From Bdellovibrionales bacterium (GTDB taxonomy: Bacteria; Bdellovibrionota; Bdellovibrionia; Bdellovibrionales; UBA1609): DNA of 64,000 nt. Positions within the stretch are counted from its first letter, which is position 1, and each line of letters starts with the position of its first letter. Below, piece after piece: positions 53,402 to 63,583 of the stretch. The stretch is taken from the NCBI GenBank assembly GCA_965261545.1, contig CBDHDF010000010.1, forward strand, positions 992,001 through 1,056,000, written 5' to 3'. The position numbers and the translations under genes were made by a program. Under the pieces are notes generated by a model. The model was given only the letters and a program-made list of their open reading frames with translations, was not told where the DNA came from and ran no database searches.

Positions 53402-53664
53402 ATATCTACAAGAAAAACACCGTAAATATCTAGCCTTTCGTTGCTAATATAAGGATTATAGATAAAAGTAGAAGAATTTATCTAAAAAAATCCTTTTAGT
53501 ATGTTTAAGTTGTAGTTATATTCCAATATGATAATATAATTCTTAGGAAATAGATTTAGAAAGGGTCCAACGGGCATCTTTCATAGAACAAACTATTTCA
53601 ACAAAATAGTTTGTGGCAGCTCTTGTAAAAGGAAGCGGTACGTGATGTTACGAGGAGGAAAGAG

Positions 53665-53964
53665 ATGGGAGTTGATAGCTCAATGGCAATCCTATTGCCA
53701 GAAATAGGCAAAGGGCAAAGCAAAAATAACAAACAATCCGTTTTATCAAAGACAAAGAATTCCAAAACTGCGGAGTCTCCGAGTGCCAGTTGGTCCACCC
53801 AGGCAAAAAGAATGCAGCAAATCAAAGCCATGGCCAAGGATCAAAGCATTGACGAAGTGCGCATTAAGCATCTTCAGAAACTCATTGACCAAGGGCGATA
53901 TGAAGTTGATGCCGCTGCCGTTGCAGAGCACCTCCTCGATTCATATTTATCACTCCCCGAGTAG
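53665..53964 (+). CDS. flgM: Anti-sigma-28 factor FlgM-like protein
   Basis: IDEVRI..LQKLIDQGRYEVDAAAVAEHL C-terminal motif. Confidence 0.8.
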   Translation: MGVDSSMAILLPEIGKGQSKNNKQSVLSKTKNSKTAESPSASWSTQAKRMQQIKAMAKDQSIDEVRIKHLQKLIDQGRYEVDAAAVAEHLLDSYLSLPE

Positions 53965-55125
53965 GGGTGCACCCTCCTCTTCCTTTTAATTGAAGCTCAA
54001 TGCTTAAAGTTATACTCTCCGTAGTGATTGATTTTTTGTGAAACTAAATCCCGAGTTTGACAGCAGCATCTGCGTTAAAATGCGAAATTTCCAGAAATTG
54101 GGGTTGTACTGAAATATAATGGTAGCTGCTGGAAAAATTAAAATTGACGCAAAAAAAGTGTAGAAAACAAAATAGGATTTTATCGTTTTAAATATTGATA
54201 TATCATAGAAATATGTAGAAAATATCCTCATGTACATCCAAACGACTAAAAACTCAAAAGGTCAGTGCTACTACCACCTTGTGGAGTCCTACAGAGAAAA
54301 AGGCAAATCCAAAAAACGCATGCTCATGTCCTTAGGTAAGGCTGGAGAAGGAGGAGAGGATAAGATTAATAGTTTGGCGCAGGCCGTATCCCGCCACCGA
54401 GAGCTTCTCACTGTGAGTCAATTGGCTAAGGAGCTTTACATCGAAGAGACTTTCATTTTGGGTCCCTTGCTGATTTTACAAAAGTTGTTTGATCAACTGG
54501 GTATCAATAAGACCCTCAAAGACATAAAAGATTCTCATGAGAAAGTTCAATTTGATTTATGTAAGGTGATTTTTACCTTAGTTGCCAGCCGATTTATTGC
54601 TCCTAGTTCCAAGTTAAAGGTTTTTGAGTATTGGCAAAAATCTTTTTACCCAGACATGATTAAGGGTGATTTGAGTCTCCAGCATATTTATCGGTCTATG
54701 GACTTACTTGCCTCCCATAAGGATGAAATAGAGAACTCGCTTTATTGGGTGGGGCGAGATTTATTTAATTTCCAAGTAGACATTGTGTTGTATGATTTAA
54801 CAACCTTACGCTTCGAGAGTACAAGAACAGACTTAGGGAAACTTCGTCAATTTGGCTATAGTAAAGAGAGACGATCAGACTGCACCCAAGTTGTCTTTGG
54901 TTTGTTGGTGAATCGGGATGGCATCCCTTTAGGTTTTGAGGTTTTCCCTGGTAATACTTTTGAAGGCAAGACGCTTTCAGATATTGTTGATAAAATGAGA
55001 AAAAAGTTTAATGTACGCCGTCATAGGTGTTCGTGGTTTTTTTCTAATTTTAATTCCGAATTAATGGAAATACTTTTCAAGCCTCCTTTTTTACATAGAG
55101 GGAAGTGGGCGATTTATAAATATTT

Positions 55126-55228
55126 GTAACTGTTCAGGGGGTAGCAGAGTTCAAGAGGTAAATTGCTCCTTCTTACCAGAGAAAATATAAATCTCTCTCT
55201 GTAAACTCATGCCCCCCTGAATAGATAC
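55126..55228. mobile_element. 103-bp IS66-type MITE
   Basis: Ends GTAACTGTTCAGGGGG / CCCCCTGAATAGATAC, 8-bp TSD AAATATTT. Absent from IS4 copy 1. Confidence 0.88.
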
Positions 55229-55308
55229 AAATATTTATAGATGGTATTTTGAGAAATGGACGCAGATTGACATTTGATATCCACGACAAGCCATGTGTTT
55301 TAAGAGAC

Positions 55309-55773
55309 TTAATTGTGTAACGAAAGAACTGTGGACTTTTGGGAACAACAGAATTTAAATTTCTTTCCACTTCCGCATGGACAGGATTGATTTCTTCCAA
55401 TTTTTTCGCTTTGGTCATTTTTCTGCTGTGATGCAGACATATCTTCAGTTACAATTTTTTTTTGCTTTTCATCTTCCAAATCCTCATCCAAATTATCAAA
55501 AAGAATATCTCCTAGATTCTGGTGAAAGTAACGATTTTTAAATTGAGATATGAGCATCATAAAAATACATGTAAGAACCAAAAGTGTGAGTGAAGCAAAA
55601 AACAAAGAAGATGCTTGCATCTGAGTTAATGGGAGGATGAGTGCCAGTAAATAACCAAATCCAAATACCAATAAGGAAATAAGAAGAGATATAAAGGATC
55701 CCAAAGAAAGTAATATTAAAAGTCCAAAAATCATTGCTATTTTTTGCTCCTGTCGAATACAATGAATCCGCAT
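55309..55773 (-). CDS. IS4 passenger: membrane protein with C-terminal SEC-C zinc-binding motif
   Basis: Two to three hydrophobic helices, acidic linker, KIGRNQSCPCGSGKKFKFCC. Confidence 0.85.
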   Translation of the reverse strand: MRIHCIRQEQKIAMIFGLLILLSLGSFISLLISLLVFGFGYLLALILPLTQMQASSLFFASLTLLVLTCIFMMLISQFKNRYFHQNLGDILFDNLDEDLEDEKQKKIVTEDMSASQQKNDQSEKIGRNQSCPCGSGKKFKFCCSQKSTVLSLHN

Positions 55774-55878
55774 AGATACAAGTGAGTTATCTACAGACTT
55801 AATGATTCTCGCGTTAGTATCTTAATAGGTCAAGATTAATTGGAGGAAATTTTTATTTTTTAAACGCAGGGGGCAAAT

Positions 55879-57123
55879 ATGAGCACGGAAGCTCAAACAC
55901 TTAAAACGATCAAAAAATGTTTCAAGAAAGTTATTCCTGAAAAGGACTCTCGGGCAACCATTCCACCTCTTGAGTTTATTGTGGCTCTTGTCTTGTCATT
56001 CCAGGGAGACTCTAAGACATATTCAATAGAGGGAATTAGGAGGTTTATGATAAGTCATTTAGGATTAAGAATTGAAAGACACAGCTTCTGGGAAAGACTC
56101 TCTAGAAAAAGATTAAAAGAGCTTCTGAGTAAACTGGTTGAAATGCTCATGATAAAGCTATCTCATGGAGCTTTTCATGGGAGCAAAGCCATATTATTAC
56201 AACTGGGAGTCTCAGACGTTCTTCTTGTTGACTCAAGCACAATAAGCCTTTGGGATGGAGCATCTGAGAATTTTCCAGGGACAAGAACAAACGCAGGAAT
56301 TAAATGGCACGCTTGTTTCAGTTTATTCAGTGGTATAATGACTTGGTTCGAATTAACTCCGTCTTCCACTAACGATAGGAAGTGCTTTCCTGATATAAAG
56401 GAACTCGTTGGAAAATTAGTCATCTTTGATTTGGGATATTGGGACTATGGCTTATTGTCATCTATTCATGAAGCTAAAGGATTTTTCTTGTCTAGAGTGA
56501 AGTCAAATGCCTCTATTCTTATTGATGCTGTTGTTGAAGGTTTGCCAGATTACTATGTTGGAAAAGAGTTCTCTGATATTAAACTCAAGAAAAAAAACGA
56601 TGTTGTTGAATTTATAGGCAGTGTCTTGTCCAATGGTAAATGGGTAAGTTTGAGAATTGTAGGCTTCTGGAATTCCTCCGAAAAACGCTATCATTGGTAT
56701 TGCACGAATTTAGATGTGGCAGCGGAGTCCATATATCCAATTTATCGTTTACGTTGGCAATGTGAACTTATTTTCAAATCTTGTAAGAATTCTTTGAATG
56801 CAAATCAGATCACCTCAAACGATCAAAATATCATAGAGAGTCTTCTTCTTGCTTCATTAGCGGCTCACCTCACATCAAGTGTTGTTTTGAGGATAGGAAG
56901 AACTAAACTCAATAAGGAACAAAATGACTCCACATCGTTTCAAAGAGTTGCTAAGGTTACCGTCTTATTAGCCTCTGATTTTATCAAATATCTCCTAAGC
57001 TCATCTCAAAAGTATTTAAATATTTTGATAGAGAAGATCAAGATATTCTCCCATGAAATTTATGACACAAACTACCGACGGCGAAAAACATCAATGAATA
57101 TGGCTAAAAAGGTCTTGCTATGA
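55879..57123 (+). CDS. IS4-family DDE transposase
   Basis: Differs from 10343-11587 by one visible residue (K/E). Confidence 0.92.
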   Translation: MSTEAQTLKTIKKCFKKVIPEKDSRATIPPLEFIVALVLSFQGDSKTYSIEGIRRFMISHLGLRIERHSFWERLSRKRLKELLSKLVEMLMIKLSHGAFHGSKAILLQLGVSDVLLVDSSTISLWDGASENFPGTRTNAGIKWHACFSLFSGIMTWFELTPSSTNDRKCFPDIKELVGKLVIFDLGYWDYGLLSSIHEAKGFFLSRVKSNASILIDAVVEGLPDYYVGKEFSDIKLKKKNDVVEFIGSVLSNGKWVSLRIVGFWNSSEKRYHWYCTNLDVAAESIYPIYRLRWQCELIFKSCKNSLNANQITSNDQNIIESLLLASLAAHLTSSVVLRIGRTKLNKEQNDSTSFQRVAKVTVLLASDFIKYLLSSSQKYLNILIEKIKIFSHEIYDTNYRRRKTSMNMAKKVLL

Positions 57124-57767
57124 AAGAATAAAAAACCACGAACACCTATGTGTACGCCGTTTCATTTTTGTGGCTGATAGGGGGCTTTTATCAAAGGCTA
57201 ATACTGACAAACTCAGTGAGGATCAAAGCGAGTTTATTGTTGGTATGAAGCTTGGATCTTTAAAAAAAGAAAAGAAACAAGAGGTCTATGATTTAAATCG
57301 TTTTAGCTGGGTATATGAGAATGAGCTTGCTGTTTACGAAACAGACCATGGGGGGCATAGATGTATTGTGACTTGGTCTAGGAAAAGAGCAGAGAGAGAT
57401 AAAAAATCTAGAGAATCCCTTCTTGAAAAGATCGAAGGAAAACTATCTTCTAAAGGTGTTCAGTCTAGTACTTTTGTTTCCAATAAAGGTTATAAGAAAT
57501 ATGTAAAGATGGCTGACGACAAAAATAAAAAACCTGAATTAAATGCAGAACAAATAGAATTAGATGAAAAAATTGATGGTTTTTTTGCCGTCCTTACAAA
57601 TGTCAAAGACTTGACGGCAGATGAGATTATTATCAACTACAAAGAATTGTGGAAAATTGAAGATGCTTTTGGTGAGTTAAAAGGGACTTTGAAAACACGT
57701 CCTGTTTTCCATTGGACAGACCAGAGGATTATTGGACATTTAACTCTATGCTTTTTAACTTATCTTT

Positions 57768-59656
57768 GAGCCTGTAAACTATTTTGTGTAACTGCCGAAT
57801 CATATTAGGATGAACTATCATCCTGAAAGGAGAAGGCAAAATGGATATCAAGACAATAGGCAAGGAACTAGCGAAGAACGTCAAGACCCAAAAGGATTTA
57901 TCCGACATAACGGGTCAACTGATGAAGGTTGTTTTAGAGACAGCTCTTAATGCGGAAATGGACGATCACCTAGGTTATGAGAGGCATGAGAAGTCTGAGA
58001 CCCGCAAATCCAACACTCGCAATGGTTACAGTAGAAAGACCATAAAGGGAGAGAAAGGCGAGGTGGAGCTTCAGGTCCCCCGTGACCGAAGTGCCTCCTT
58101 TGAGCCCCAAGTCATTCCCAAAGGCAAGACTCGTCTTGAGGGCTTTGAAGACAGTATTCTGACCCTCTATGCGAGGGGAATGACGACCAGGGATATTCAA
58201 GGAGCTATCAAAGACCTCTACCATGGTGCAGAGATATCCCACTCAGTGATAGCCAACGTGACGGATGCTGTTATTGATGAAGTTACGGCTTGGCAGAACC
58301 GCCCCTTGGATAGCACTTACCCTATCGTATTTTTGGACTGTATCGTGGTGAAGGTCCATCAAGACAAGAGAGTTATTAATAAGGCGATTTACCTAGCTCT
58401 TGGTATTACAGAGGAGGGTCAGAAAGACTTGTTGGGCCTATGGATTTCTGAAAATGAGGGTTCAAAGTTTTGGTTGAGTGTTTTGACTGAGCTGCAAAAT
58501 CGAGGGTTGAAAGACGTATTTATATTTTCTGTAGATGGTCTTACAGGTTTTCCTCAAGCCATTTCAGCGGCTTTTCCCAAGTCTAAAGTACAACTGTGCA
58601 TTGTCCATATGGTCCGCAATTCCCTTCGCTATGTTCCTTCCAAGGATATGAAAGCTGTCGCCCAAGACCTCAAGTCCATTTATGGCTCTACGACTCTGAC
58701 AGAAGCTGAAAAGGCCCTTGAGGAATTTTGTACCAAGTGGTCTTCAAAGTATCCGAATATTGAAAAGTCTTGGCGTAGGAATTGGGACAATCTCATCACT
58801 ATTTTCGATTATCCGGATGAAATCAGAAAGATTTTTTATACCACAAACGCCATAGAGTCGTTAAATAGCGTGATCCGCAAGGCGATCAGAAATCGTAAGA
58901 TATTTCCCAGTGATCGGTCGGCTTTAAAAGTTGTATATTTAGCGATAAAAATGGCCTCTAAGCGATGGACACGACCATTACACAACTGGAAGCCAGCCAT
59001 GAACAGGTTTGCCATTGAATACGGTGACCGTTTTGACAACTAAGTTTTTTAATAAGGTCCACCACCTGCCTTATAAGGGGGCTTAAAAGCCCCTCTAAGG
59101 CGTTGACAGAAGTACTGGAATACCGAGACTATGGTTAGGGTAATATAGTATGGGAACCTAAATACATGCCCTCTTGGTGCAGATTTGGGTTCCCATTTTT
59201 TTTCATATTTCATCCCAATTCTGGTATTTCTCGAATATCCTAAGTTAAAAAAAATAAAAAAAAGGGGGTAATATAGTATGGGAACCTAAACACATGAACC
59301 CTTTGATGAGATTGGAATTTCCATTTTTTTGAGAGAGCCATTGCTGATTTTTTTTCAACCAAGATGATAATTATTTATTTGAGTTCTTTCCAGTTCTGAT
59401 ATGATCCCATTACGGCTCCATAATACAATCAAAAGTCCAGAGTAACTAAAGAGGCCAATTATATAGACCAGCGAAGATGTCCACCTCCCCATTAACTTAT
59501 AATGCATTGTGACTGACAAAATCGCTTGAAGGAAAAAATGTCAATTATACATTGACGAATAATATGGGACTGTGCTTTTTACCAGGAGTGGAGCCACATA
59601 AGTGGCTTTAAGATTTAAGAAAAAAATTGCAGTTACACAATTATTTTTACAGTCCC
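57768..59656 (+). mobile_element. IS256-family element with long 3' non-coding tail
   Basis: Imperfect TIR GAGCCTGTAAA...TGTGTAACTGC / GCAGTTACACA...TTTACAGTCCC. TSD TTATCTTT (57760-57767, 59657-59664). Confidence 0.92.
57841..59043 (+). CDS. IS256 (mutator-type) transposase
   Basis: HLGY, RNGY, VPRDR, QLCIVHMVRNS, YTTNAIESLN. Confidence 0.95.
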   Translation: MDIKTIGKELAKNVKTQKDLSDITGQLMKVVLETALNAEMDDHLGYERHEKSETRKSNTRNGYSRKTIKGEKGEVELQVPRDRSASFEPQVIPKGKTRLEGFEDSILTLYARGMTTRDIQGAIKDLYHGAEISHSVIANVTDAVIDEVTAWQNRPLDSTYPIVFLDCIVVKVHQDKRVINKAIYLALGITEEGQKDLLGLWISENEGSKFWLSVLTELQNRGLKDVFIFSVDGLTGFPQAISAAFPKSKVQLCIVHMVRNSLRYVPSKDMKAVAQDLKSIYGSTTLTEAEKALEEFCTKWSSKYPNIEKSWRRNWDNLITIFDYPDEIRKIFYTTNAIESLNSVIRKAIRNRKIFPSDRSALKVVYLAIKMASKRWTRPLHNWKPAMNRFAIEYGDRFDN

Positions 59657-60024
59657 TTATCTTTGTGAGGCCCACCTTACAAAATGTTTAAGAGATAAGA
59701 AGATGAACCTAAAAAGCCCAGCCATAGGCATTGGTCATGTTAAAGAGCGACCTTTAACTGTTGTAGAGGCCATGAGGGAACTCAAGGAAGTTAGGGCTAT
59801 CCCTGTTAAAATTCGTGATCAAGTCATTTGGACCCGCACAGATATCACTGGCAATGCCAACTCCTTATTTAAAGCCGCAGGCGTCCCCATCCCTCCCAGA
59901 ATCCTTAATGCCCACAAGTGTGGATAAACAAAATACAACTATATGCGTTAATCCTTTAATATCATTCGTTTGACGCAGATGCTGCTGTCAAACTCGGGAT
60001 TCACTATGCTCTTATCACCAAGGG

Positions 60025-60915
60025 CTAGTTTTTGTGTGTTGGGAATTGTTTGCGAATACGGCCCGATTCAATACCAACGAGGACCGCATAGGCGGATAAG
60101 GGGTCTTTTATAAGTACATCAAATTCCCAAATAAGCTCATGAGGAGGTTCATTCGCCCATACCTTGGGCTTGGCGTCTTTGACATTTATGCTCGCCTCTT
60201 CGCCATATTCTTGTTTGACAATATCCATGGCCTCATTTTGGGTCATTGTAATTTCTAGGGATATATTTTTATCCACATCTTTGATGAAGTTTTCAATGAT
60301 ATAGACGTCTCCTTGCTTCTTGTTGGAGGTGGCCTGCATCCAGCCGTCATAGACAGAAAAGTTTTCAAAGGACTGATTGACATAATGGGTCTTAGAAAGA
60401 TTGGTTTCTTTTTTGGTTTCCTCTGGGGAGTTATAGCTAAAAGACGGCCCTGTAATACCTGCAAACTCAGCGAGTTCTCTGGCTAAGTTTTCAATATTCT
60501 TGGGATTATTACCAATACTTTTAATAACTCCTCCTTCAATGCGAAAGATTTGTTCATTGTGAGTTTGAAATTGCCACTGGGAGGAATATTTTTGTAAGAA
60601 GGCTTTTTTAAAAGAACTCATAGTTTCAGTCCTGTGGGCATGTTTTTTGTCACTTTTGGGATGCTTTTCTGTGGGTTTAGGGAGAGGAGGATCCTCTTGG
60701 GAAAGAGTCATAGAGATTTGGGTTGGCTTTTTTGAAGATGGGTGGCGGGATTCAAGGTCAAGGGAGGAGTTTGGTGTGCCAGGGTCTGTTAAAGATTCGT
60801 TGAAAGAATTTGTTGTTGGCTGAGTAGGTTGGTGAGGAGTGAGAAAGAAGAAGCAGAGTAAGCTTAAACAAATGGCAAGGGCTGTCAGTAAAATCCACTT
60901 CATATAAGTATCCAT
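60025..60915 (-). CDS. Membrane-anchored hypothetical protein with possible FTP/PepSY propeptide-like C-terminus
   Basis: N-terminal TM. Q.FEN..VY, ..EA..IV and WEFDV...VLVG.ESG.I pattern; no HExxH seen. Confidence 0.6.
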   Translation of the reverse strand: MDTYMKWILLTALAICLSLLCFFFLTPHQPTQPTTNSFNESLTDPGTPNSSLDLESRHPSSKKPTQISMTLSQEDPPLPKPTEKHPKSDKKHAHRTETMSSFKKAFLQKYSSQWQFQTHNEQIFRIEGGVIKSIGNNPKNIENLARELAEFAGITGPSFSYNSPEETKKETNLSKTHYVNQSFENFSVYDGWMQATSNKKQGDVYIIENFIKDVDKNISLEITMTQNEAMDIVKQEYGEEASINVKDAKPKVWANEPPHELIWEFDVLIKDPLSAYAVLVGIESGRIRKQFPTHKN

Positions 60916-61141
60916 TTCATATTCATATAAATTTCCTTTGCTTGAAAAAGGCTCTTATTTGGAAAAACTTTCATTTGAGAAAAAACCTCGCCTCAGATTA
61001 TTATACATGGTGTTTAAGAATTACACATTGTATGCCGCAGAATGTAACTTTTTCTATCTTAGGATTTTCTTGTTTCGATGAATCAAATTGAGAAATGAGT
61101 CATATTAAGGCATTAGGTGACTTTGATCATTATGAATATAT

Positions 61142-61156
61142 TGGCATGGCATTTGC
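61142..61156 (+). promoter_or_regulatory. Putative sigma-54 (-24/-12) promoter
   Basis: TGGCATGGCATTTGC with GG and GC 12 nt apart, about 65 bp upstream of 61222. Confidence 0.6.
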
Positions 61157-61221
61157 TCTATATGGAGTATGATGACACGCTGTTCATATAAGAAATAAGA
61201 AAATAAATAAGGAGGCCTATC

Positions 61222-62340
61222 ATGAGAAAGATAGTCGCAAGGATAGATATAGGAATAGAAAAAAACAAACTTTTGGCCCTCATAGCCTTAGTGCTTAGCT
61301 TAAGTGGCTTTTATGCGTTGGGTCAGGAATCTGAGAGTCCAGATGACAACCTTTTGTTAAATACCAGTGAAGGTGTCAGTGAAGGTGAAGACCAGCCTAG
61401 GGATGTTTTTGATAAATTGGGGAGTAAAATGCGAGATAAGGCTGAAGAGCAGCGGCAGCGAGCGGAGCAGAGGATGCTCAATGATTTCGAGAATTTTCTC
61501 AATCAACGCATAGCTCCGAACCCCCAAGTGTTGCAGCCCGCACAGCCTCCCTCACAGATCGCTCCTCAGATTGTGATGCCACCCCAGCAACCAGTTCAAC
61601 CTTCAGTGATTATTATTCCACAACAAGTGCAGCAGCAGGTGTCACCAGAACCCCAAAAAACAAAAGGTGAGGTGGAGCAAGATAGTATGGAGAGTGAATT
61701 CTCTCGAAGTGAAGATATTGCACGCGAAGAGATTCTTCAACAATCCATGGGAGATTCCTTTTTCAGCTCTCAATCTCAATATTACATGCGAGGAACTGTG
61801 GGAATGGCTAACTATAGCAATGCCACCAATGTGCAGAGCAAGATGGGAGCTGGTTTTTCCATAGGAAGTGATATCAGTAACTTTTTGGCCTTTGAAATGA
61901 TGTTTCTTTACTCTCGTCATCTCATTGACGAGAGTTATTGGAAGAATAAATTGGATATATATCAAGAAATGGATCAGTATAACTTTGGGGCTCTTGGTAA
62001 GTACACCTTCTTTTCAGGATTTATTCAACCCTATGTGAGTGGGATTGCAAATATCACTCGACGAAGTTACTCTGAGATTGGTGCAAAAGTTCGTGATGGT
62101 TCTGTAGATATTAAGGATTTGAATAAGAAGGCAAGCTCTATGGCCATGGATATTGGTGCTTCTCTTGGTTTTGAATTCTTATTAACTTCGAATTTTGCAC
62201 TTGGTTTTGACTGGCGATATATGAGAAACCTTTACCAAGAAACTGAATTTGACTTTGGCCAATACGGTAGCAACAATGGGACTCCCATTGAAAAGATGTC
62301 TTATCATATCTTTGGAATTTCGGGTAAAGCTAGGTTTTAG
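61222..62340 (+). CDS. Outer-membrane beta-barrel protein with Gln/Pro-rich N-terminal region
   Basis: Signal-like segment, alternating beta strands, QPYV, terminal Phe. AGGAGG SD. Confidence 0.8.
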   Translation: MRKIVARIDIGIEKNKLLALIALVLSLSGFYALGQESESPDDNLLLNTSEGVSEGEDQPRDVFDKLGSKMRDKAEEQRQRAEQRMLNDFENFLNQRIAPNPQVLQPAQPPSQIAPQIVMPPQQPVQPSVIIIPQQVQQQVSPEPQKTKGEVEQDSMESEFSRSEDIAREEILQQSMGDSFFSSQSQYYMRGTVGMANYSNATNVQSKMGAGFSIGSDISNFLAFEMMFLYSRHLIDESYWKNKLDIYQEMDQYNFGALGKYTFFSGFIQPYVSGIANITRRSYSEIGAKVRDGSVDIKDLNKKASSMAMDIGASLGFEFLLTSNFALGFDWRYMRNLYQETEFDFGQYGSNNGTPIEKMSYHIFGISGKARF

Positions 62341-62468
62341 ATTGCATACGAGACGAAGAGCCTCAAGTTTTCCATAACTCAAGCTGCAAGCTGCATTTCG
62401 TAGGCTGTCGTGAACTCCCACTCCCTTAGCAGCTTGTATTTTTACCTTCCTATGGTATCTTCTATAAT

Positions 62469-63134
62469 GTGCCTTGGACATATTTAAGAACCGTTTTCCC
62501 TATCTATATCATTATCTATGTGATACTTCAGTTAGATTCACTTGCATTGGCTTCAAAATCACAACTTATTTCACGCACGGTGGGTCAGGTTCTCAACCAA
62601 GTCATGACAAGCCGTGATGTACTTGCTTCTTACTATGTAGATGAATTTCTTTTTAAGAAAGACAATGTTTCTATCAAAGAGCTTAGCCTTAAAGATCCCC
62701 TTTTCGACAAACAACTTTCAGCTCTTCTTTTTGAATGGACCATTTATCTAGAATCCCAAGGCTTCGACCTCTCTGTGGTTCCAAGAGTTAAGGTCTTGGA
62801 CGCCCTAAAGATGGTACAATTAAAGGGGCAAAAGCAGGCTTCTTGGAGGAAACTTCAGATGAGTCGCGGAGAAATTGAAGAGCTTCTTATAAGAAAGCTT
62901 CAAGCAAAGAAATTCATTCATTTTCGATCCGAGTCTTTAAAACTACCTGTGGCAGAGAATGAAGCGAGAGATTATTTTGATAGCCATGTTGATAAATTTA
63001 GAAATATGGCCTATGAAGACATTAAAGAAAAAATTAAAGCATTCCTTCAAGAAAACAGTTCTCGTCGCACGGAAAAATTAAAAGAATGGTTTGAAATCCT
63101 CCGAATTAAATACAAAGTAAAGAAACATATGTAA
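62469..63134 (+). CDS. Hypothetical exported protein, SurA N-terminal-like
   Basis: VGQVLNQVMTSRDV, EARDYF, LKEWFE.LR.KY.V pattern. Confidence 0.6.
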   Translation: MPWTYLRTVFPIYIIIYVILQLDSLALASKSQLISRTVGQVLNQVMTSRDVLASYYVDEFLFKKDNVSIKELSLKDPLFDKQLSALLFEWTIYLESQGFDLSVVPRVKVLDALKMVQLKGQKQASWRKLQMSRGEIEELLIRKLQAKKFIHFRSESLKLPVAENEARDYFDSHVDKFRNMAYEDIKEKIKAFLQENSSRRTEKLKEWFEILRIKYKVKKHM

Positions 63135-63181
63135 ATAACCTGAATTCATGGTCAGAAGTATACATCAGGATGACTCTTTTT

Positions 63182-63424
63182 TTATTCATCGGGATAGTCT
63201 TCTCCAATAAAGTCAATAATTTCCTTCCATTTCTTAATAAGGAAGCCTGGATTGTCAGAACTTCTTTTGACAATGGCACTTGTAATAGTTGTGGCTATAA
63301 TGACTCCAACAACAAGGAGCAACACATACTCCACAACCACTTGGCCAAAAGAATTTTTCGACGAATTTTGGCTTTTTGTCTTTTCTTCTATAAGAACTTC
63401 CATTTGTGCTTGCCCTTCTACCAA
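63182..63424 (-). CDS. Small Flp/TadE-like pilin-type protein
   Basis: GQVVVEYVLLL prepilin-like motif followed by a hydrophobic helix. Start uncertain. Confidence 0.6.
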   Translation of the reverse strand: MVEGQAQMEVLIEEKTKSQNSSKNSFGQVVVEYVLLLVVGVIIATTITSAIVKRSSDNPGFLIKKWKEIIDFIGEDYPDE

Positions 63425-63583
63425 TCAATAGGAACGATCAATAGAACCGTAGGATGATAGGGTTGACGGGATTGTGGTTTAAGTTTAAACCATTGTCTAT
63501 GGCATTGGTACCTCATATCTTATTTTATCAGAGGCTTCTTTCGGGAGTTCTTATTACTGTTATCATAGCAGGGCTTTATTTTT

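Larger units (their letters stand above)
55022..57150 (+). mobile_element. IS4-family element with passenger gene, copy 2
   Basis: Same TIRs as copy 1. 10-bp TSD TGTACGCCGT (55012-55021, 57151-57160). Confidence 0.93.
54230..59927 (+). pseudogene. IS1634 transposase in three pieces (54230-55021, 57161-57767, 59665-59927)
   Basis: YYHLVESYRE.GK, LYDLTT..FE, FGYSKE.R.D, VADRG, Y..LWKIEDAF..LK...RPVFH motifs. Confidence 0.9.
54050..59998 (+). mobile_element. IS1634-family element interrupted by IS4 and IS256
   Basis: TIR CCCGAGTTTGACAGCAGCATCTGCGT at both ends. TSD unclear (at most AT). Confidence 0.9.
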
